Shown: positions 25,140-29,722 of the stretch, piece after piece
Layout of the letters: each line of letters opens with the position of its first letter
Position numbering within the stretch: the first letter of the stretch is position 1
Virus record (IMG/VR): IMGVR_UViG_3300017784_003818
Coordinates: 1 to 29,722 of that record
Length of the DNA stretch: 29,722 nucleotides
Reading direction: 5' to 3' (one strand)
Source: a virus
Taxonomy: Duplodnaviria > Caudoviricetes
The notes under the pieces: generated by a model
Told to the model about the DNA's origin: nothing
The model's database searches: none
What the model saw: the letters and a program-made list of their open reading frames with translations, nothing else
Position numbers and translations under genes: made by a program

Positions 25140-26656
25140 TATACACTGTCCTCAAGTTGATCAAGTCGAGATTGATCAAGTTCATCTGTAAGATCTTCCT
25201 CGACTACGCTGAATAAATTGTTATACTGAGTATGAGCGTTGACTGCTCGTTTTCCTGTGTACCCACGGGTTCCCACCACCCGTTCCCATACTTTAGCATG
25301 TCCGTCGATAATTTCCAAGCTCTTTTGGCGATCACGGGCAGAAAATATTCTATCAATTAGGTTAGTAACATTGAATGCTTCAGATATTGGATGTACCATC
25401 ATATCTGGGTAAACACCCGAATCACACATTCGATTTGCTCGTTGTACCGATTCTAAATGCATCCAAACATTATGTCCCATAAGCAAGGCGTAGCTGAAAC
25501 TATCCCAAGATGTGCGGCCTTCCTTACCAATCTTATTTAGGTCGCCGGGCTGGTAACAGCAAACATCACTAATTTTTAACCTACTGGTAATGGGACTGTC
25601 TTCGAATTTAGGATGGATTCCATCTTGCCGAACTGCATTACCAAACATACGAGAATCAGTAGAGTACTTTTTATCGTCTACCGTAGGACTCATGTTGTAG
25701 GACCATTTGCCCCTGCTCTCTGTGGTGATGTTATGGTATAATTGCCCGTTGGCTGTGGCCAAGAAGGGCGACGCACAGTCGAAACTAATTGTGAAGTTGG
25801 GATTGTGATAGTACCGAATTGAACGTTGAATGGCTGTGAGTAATACTGCCCATTCCAACTTCGATGTTCCCAAGAAATGCATCCAGTCATGTTGTCCTTT
25901 TTCTAACAATCCATCATGTATCAAGTGCACCAAGCGTTTAAGCACCAGGTGCGAATCGCACATGTTTTGCCCTCCCATGGCCCAACCATTAAAGGCATTT
26001 TGGTGCAGGCCAGGATCAGAATAGCCCTTCATCATGTCGTACCAATGATCAGCTTCGCTGTGATTGCTACCCTGCAACACGTTTAGAATCTTGGTCTTGC
26101 CATACCGATTTGCCATCCAGTACTCGTTGTTGTACTTAGAAGCGTTGACTGCATCATCATAACTGTGGATCCCGCACAGCACAGATGCTTCCTTGTCCAG
26201 GTAGGTCCAGGTAGGGATATCCATGGTCATTGCATAGTCAGCAATTTGACATTGCCACTCGAGCACTTGTCTGCGTTTCTTCTCTGCATTCAAGTCTGCA
26301 GGGTTGGCCCATTGTCCGGGCCACACGCCCTTGGCAATCTGGAATCCACCCGAGTCCAACAGCATGAAGCTGTCAGGATCTCGATCCCGTACCATGTCTT
26401 CCTTGGCACTGGGCTTGGTCATGTCAAGATTGGCGTGACCTGCACTGTAAAGACTCCAGCGATACGGGAACAGTGCCTTTTGTGGATTCAACCAGTTCAG
26501 TTGTTCCATCTCGGGAATACCCGCAGGCATGCGAGTCTGTTCTACATACGTGCCGGCACGTTGTTTGCCAATATAGCTGCCATAAAAACTGGAGATAGCT
26601 GGCAGAAAAATAGCGTAGTCGTTCTGCTTGGCAGTTAGGTCGTCTTGTTCAATCAT
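25139..26656 (-). CDS. dpdA: tRNA-guanine-transglycosylase-fold protein, DpdA-like DNA base-exchange enzyme
   Basis: LDSGGFQ, MTMDIP, NVLQG, GWAMGG, MHFLG, SFDCASP align with TGT motifs including the catalytic Asp residues; next to replication and deazaguanine genes. Confidence 0.8.
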   Translation of the reverse strand: MIEQDDLTAKQNDYAIFLPAISSFYGSYIGKQRAGTYVEQTRMPAGIPEMEQLNWLNPQKALFPYRWSLYSAGHANLDMTKPSAKEDMVRDRDPDSFMLLDSGGFQIAKGVWPGQWANPADLNAEKKRRQVLEWQCQIADYAMTMDIPTWTYLDKEASVLCGIHSYDDAVNASKYNNEYWMANRYGKTKILNVLQGSNHSEADHWYDMMKGYSDPGLHQNAFNGWAMGGQNMCDSHLVLKRLVHLIHDGLLEKGQHDWMHFLGTSKLEWAVLLTAIQRSIRYYHNPNFTISFDCASPFLATANGQLYHNITTESRGKWSYNMSPTVDDKKYSTDSRMFGNAVRQDGIHPKFEDSPITSRLKISDVCCYQPGDLNKIGKEGRTSWDSFSYALLMGHNVWMHLESVQRANRMCDSGVYPDMMVHPISEAFNVTNLIDRIFSARDRQKSLEIIDGHAKVWERVVGTRGYTGKRAVNAHTQYNNLFSVVEEDLTDELDQSRLDQLEDSV

Positions 26657-26662
26657 CAGCAG

Positions 26663-27394
26663 TTACTTGCCCATTGCAGGTAGGATATAATTGTATTCAG
26701 CAATGCCCGAGTTCACAGTGATCTGTGCAGCCCCGTCGTCACTGATGCGGATAATTTTGTCCCCGGTAAGGTTTAGAATACTAATCACCTGTGCTTTGGG
26801 ATACGACCATGAACGCTTAAGAACTCCCGATACTCCGGCCTGGAAAACAAATTCACCAGCATGTGTGCTGTGGTCGCCGAACATGAACTTCAAGTCTCCC
26901 TTGTCAGTTCTCACCTGAAAAGTGTCTTCTTCTGCATTGGCCTGCGCCTGCATTTTAAGTCTTAGGACAGAGGCAACACTGGGCTCAAATTCAATATGCC
27001 AGGCCGGAACCTTGAACTTCATGGTCTTGAGCTTTTCTGCAATGATCTCCGATGTCATGAACCGGTAGTCATTCGTAAAGTCCTTGGCAGCATTTTGAAA
27101 ATGCAGGCCCACTGGTATAGCCTCGCCGTTGCGATCCTGTCGCGACACAGTAATATCAGCACCTTCGCGATACTCTTGCAAGTTCAAAATAATTTTGAGC
27201 TTGTTAAGATTTGGCATACCAAATGTGCCAATGAATTCAGCCACCGGGGTCAAAAACTTCCCCTGCACAACCACACTGCGATCCTCTGACAAGCCATCAA
27301 TGATAGTGTCTTGGTCAGTACCGGTGGTTTTAATCAAATCAATGCAGCCAAGATCAAAAGTGTGTTCGACGAGGTCGAGTAGATAATCTCTCAT
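26663..27394 (-). CDS. Probable DNA polymerase sliding clamp (gp45-like)
   Basis: 243 aa, alternating beta/alpha pattern ending YNYILPA; near the polB gene. Fold inferred. Confidence 0.55.
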   Translation of the reverse strand: MRDYLLDLVEHTFDLGCIDLIKTTGTDQDTIIDGLSEDRSVVVQGKFLTPVAEFIGTFGMPNLNKLKIILNLQEYREGADITVSRQDRNGEAIPVGLHFQNAAKDFTNDYRFMTSEIIAEKLKTMKFKVPAWHIEFEPSVASVLRLKMQAQANAEEDTFQVRTDKGDLKFMFGDHSTHAGEFVFQAGVSGVLKRSWSYPKAQVISILNLTGDKIIRISDDGAAQITVNSGIAEYNYILPAMGK

Positions 27395-27430
27395 TATAAG
27401 TTCTCCTATATGGGTTAATTGTATTACAGT

Positions 27431-27437
27431 TATTTAG
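27431..27437 (-). promoter_or_regulatory. Late-promoter-like motif
   Basis: Intergenic CTAAATA upstream of the clamp gene RBS AGGAG. Confidence 0.4.
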
Positions 27438-27472
27438 ATTTTGCGACAGGTTTCGGTATAATTTTATAAACA

Positions 27473-28453
27473 CTATGGTTTAATTCTTACCCGCCTAGTG
27501 TGATGATCTTTGCTAGTCACTGGTATAATTTTCCCCAAGCTTTGTCCGCCGCGTAGCGATGTAAGGCGACCCGGCCGCCGCAGTTCTATTAACGCATTGG
27601 ATTTTTCTAGATAATACCATTGAATTATTTCAAAACCAAGAGTTTTTGCTAGTGTCTTAATCATGTGTCCGGGAGTGTAGCACATAAAACCTCGTTCAGC
27701 TAGCTCAACACCGCCGGCAATATCACAATCATTGAATGTCATTAGTAAACTTCCACCGGGCTTGAGCTTGTTGAATATCTCTGTTAGATACTGGCCGATA
27801 CGTTCCATGGGCATGAAATTGAAGTAGTGCAACGCAACCACTAATCCAAATTGTGATTGCGGTAGTGCTGATAACACTGTAGAATCTTCGTCTCTTGGTT
27901 CAATGTAAACTTGTAGCCGTCGTTGATACTCTTCCCGGAAACGATTCAGAGTCGGTTGAATCATTTCTTCACAGTAGTCTACTAGATACAACGGATCTGA
28001 CCCAACTAAGTCTTGGATCCAGTCTTCTCGTCCGGGCCGGATGACCATAGCCGGGTGATGCCAGTCGGACAACAATCTAAGTCGACTACGAATGTAATCA
28101 ACTGCATCCAGAGATAATTCTTGCTGTCTCGCAAGTAAATATTCGGGCTTATCTCCGTGCTGACCTGATTTATAAAGTTCAAAGCTGTTTGCAAAATATG
28201 CTGGTTCTAACTGATCAATCAAATCTTGTAGTTGTTCTCGTATTTCACGCACAGTAGATCGAAATTTCATAAACGCACCGTGTATTTGATCACGGTCACG
28301 ATTAAGCTGTTCTAGCAGATCCGGGAACTGTACTGCGCTAGCTCCGATGCTGTGCAAAATTGGACCAAGGTGACTACTAATCAAAAGATCTGTGTCGGCC
28401 GGATCTAATCTTGCTAACAAATTTCTATAGTCAATTATACAGCTAAGTTTCAT
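27473..28453 (-). CDS. Methyltransferase-fold protein with N-terminal coiled coil
   Basis: FGLVVALHYFNF and IFNKLKPGGSLLMTF; motif I is degenerate (VIRPG). Confidence 0.6.
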   Translation of the reverse strand: MKLSCIIDYRNLLARLDPADTDLLISSHLGPILHSIGASAVQFPDLLEQLNRDRDQIHGAFMKFRSTVREIREQLQDLIDQLEPAYFANSFELYKSGQHGDKPEYLLARQQELSLDAVDYIRSRLRLLSDWHHPAMVIRPGREDWIQDLVGSDPLYLVDYCEEMIQPTLNRFREEYQRRLQVYIEPRDEDSTVLSALPQSQFGLVVALHYFNFMPMERIGQYLTEIFNKLKPGGSLLMTFNDCDIAGGVELAERGFMCYTPGHMIKTLAKTLGFEIIQWYYLEKSNALIELRRPGRLTSLRGGQSLGKIIPVTSKDHHTRRVRIKP

Positions 28454-29722
28454 GTGAACTCAAATAGGGATTGGAATGTATTTTCTGTGTTAGTGGCCTG
28501 ACTAATGTCCCAGTTCAGTACACCCAACAAGTTGGATACTTTGCTGTCGATAATTGTAGTTTCCATCAAGCTGTCGTCGAATGGCAAGTCCCGGAACCAC
28601 TGTGGCAAGTGCATTTCGTCTGTGGGGTAACCGATCGAAGTCCAGCCGAGAGCGTTGGACTTTAGCTTGCAGACAATTGTTTTCATGCCGTCGATAATTT
28701 GCATGCTGTAATTATCACTGTTCATGCGCCGCATAGTATTCCAGTTAAGTGCAGCACGTACATGTCCGGGCATGTTAGCTCTGCCTTCCTTGAGTTCAGC
28801 ATCGCCATACTTGGTCAAGTTGTTCACACGCTTGGGTGTGCCTTTTTCCCAGGCTGGCCGCTCCATGAACAAGTACTTGAATGCTCGAATTTTTTCAATC
28901 ACATCTGCACGACTATGTCCAGTTAGTACATTCTCCAGGATCTCACTAAGAAATTCCTGGACTACCTTGGGAGTGTCTGACCTCTTGAGATCCAGGCCCA
29001 TGGCCTTGACCTTGCCCGGATAGCCATTAACATCAAGACGCTTGCCTTCCTTGTCATAGTAAAGTACAGCGTACCGCTTCTTGGTAATGAACAAGCCTTT
29101 GCTGGCAACAATCTCTCGGCCTCCCTTGATAACACTGCCCATTTCTCTAGGGCAATGGAATGCTTGCTCCATGAACCCCGGAAAGCTTTGGTTCACCTGT
29201 TCGGCAATGCTGTCATACAGAGAAACACAGATGTCCTTGTCCCATTCCATGCGCCCTGCTTCTACATCATCCTTGAGCATGGGCCAAGCAGAAAAGTAAC
29301 AACTGTCTGTATCACCATAGATGATAGCAGCGCCGGCATGATCGTACTTGCCGGTTACACATTCATTTACATGAGCATCCATGTGCTTGGCAATACTACG
29401 TCCGGTCAGCGTGGTACTTTGCCCAATCCGCTTGTCAAAGAACCTACAACCGGGATTCAAAATAGCACCATACAAGCTGTTCAAGTTAATCTTCTTGACC
29501 AACTGTCGCTTGTCCCAGTATTCTTCTTCTGTCTTATCTGTGCATTCCCTCAACTTGGCCTGCATTTGTTTACGTTCTGCATACCAACGCTTGAGCAAGC
29601 CTGGGATTACACCTTCTTTCTCATAGGTAAAGATAGTGCCATTGGCGCTTAGGATCCAAGGTTGGTTGCTGTCAAACACAGCCTTCCATACCTCGGCCGC
29701 CGAGTGCACAGAGCTGTTGCCA
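28450..29722 (-). CDS. Family B DNA polymerase, C-terminal part (start lies beyond the right edge)
   Basis: KINLNSLYG, IIYGDTDS, KKRY, KAMGLDLKRSDTP; the frame stays open to the window edge. Confidence 0.95.
   Translation of the reverse strand, partial: GNSSVHSAAEVWKAVFDSNQPWILSANGTIFTYEKEGVIPGLLKRWYAERKQMQAKLRECTDKTEEEYWDKRQLVKKINLNSLYGAILNPGCRFFDKRIGQSTTLTGRSIAKHMDAHVNECVTGKYDHAGAAIIYGDTDSCYFSAWPMLKDDVEAGRMEWDKDICVSLYDSIAEQVNQSFPGFMEQAFHCPREMGSVIKGGREIVASKGLFITKKRYAVLYYDKEGKRLDVNGYPGKVKAMGLDLKRSDTPKVVQEFLSEILENVLTGHSRADVIEKIRAFKYLFMERPAWEKGTPKRVNNLTKYGDAELKEGRANMPGHVRAALNWNTMRRMNSDNYSMQIIDGMKTIVCKLKSNALGWTSIGYPTDEMHLPQWFRDLPFDDSLMETTIIDSKVSNLLGVLNWDISQATNTENTFQSLFEFT

Noticed and set aside
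10730-26656. Host-type queuosine tRNA modification pathway
   Set aside because: No queC, queF, queA or queG and no tRNA genes were seen; the TGT-fold protein is divergent (HFLG, no C-terminal Zn motif seen) and linked to replication genes. Disfavoured but not strictly excluded.
131-29652. Numerous plus-strand ORFs of 60-220 aa (e.g. 2442-2951, 20255-20917, 26165-26638, 29155-29652)
   Set aside because: They are antisense shadows of well-supported minus-strand genes, with no recognisable motifs.
1-29722. Stop-codon reassignment, as seen in some large phages
   Set aside because: The recognisable core enzymes (FolE, QueD, QueE, GalE, RNase H) read intact under the standard code, and TAA, TGA and TAG all appear as gene ends.

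Overview
This window is a 29.7 kb segment of a large T4-like/jumbo-type tailed phage genome, with all credible genes on the minus strand. In transcription order (right to left) it holds five blocks. (1) A family-B DNA polymerase (partial), a methyltransferase-like protein and a probable sliding clamp. (2) A coupled operon of a TGT-fold DpdA-like base-exchange enzyme, a DpdL-type QueD paralogue (LxxxHRHxF), a GT-B glycosyltransferase, GalE and a mini-DegT aminotransferase. (3) folE and queD, followed by a ~6.5 kb NDP-sugar cassette: GT2, RfbB, GT8-like, DdhC/RfbH 3-dehydrase, a split mini-transketolase, an FkbM methyltransferase and an SDR. (4) Two MazG-like pyrophosphatases, an EndoVII-type homing endonuclease that has invaded the 5' end of queE, queE itself, a cytidylyltransferase, an SGNH protein, RNase H, a secreted nuclease and a radical SAM protein. 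(5) An early region of small genes, most with their own near-perfect sigma70 promoter and some with a repeated leader. The best candidate for a new system is a QueC-less 7-deazaguanine DNA-modification pathway interleaved with glycosylation genes, which could yield a sugar-hypermodified deazaguanine. The clearest sequence-level discovery is the homing endonuclease: it carries a recoded replacement queE N-terminus, leaves an orphan stub behind, and has an RBS-sequestering hairpin with a late promoter in its loop. All protein calls come from motif recognition only; no database searches were run.
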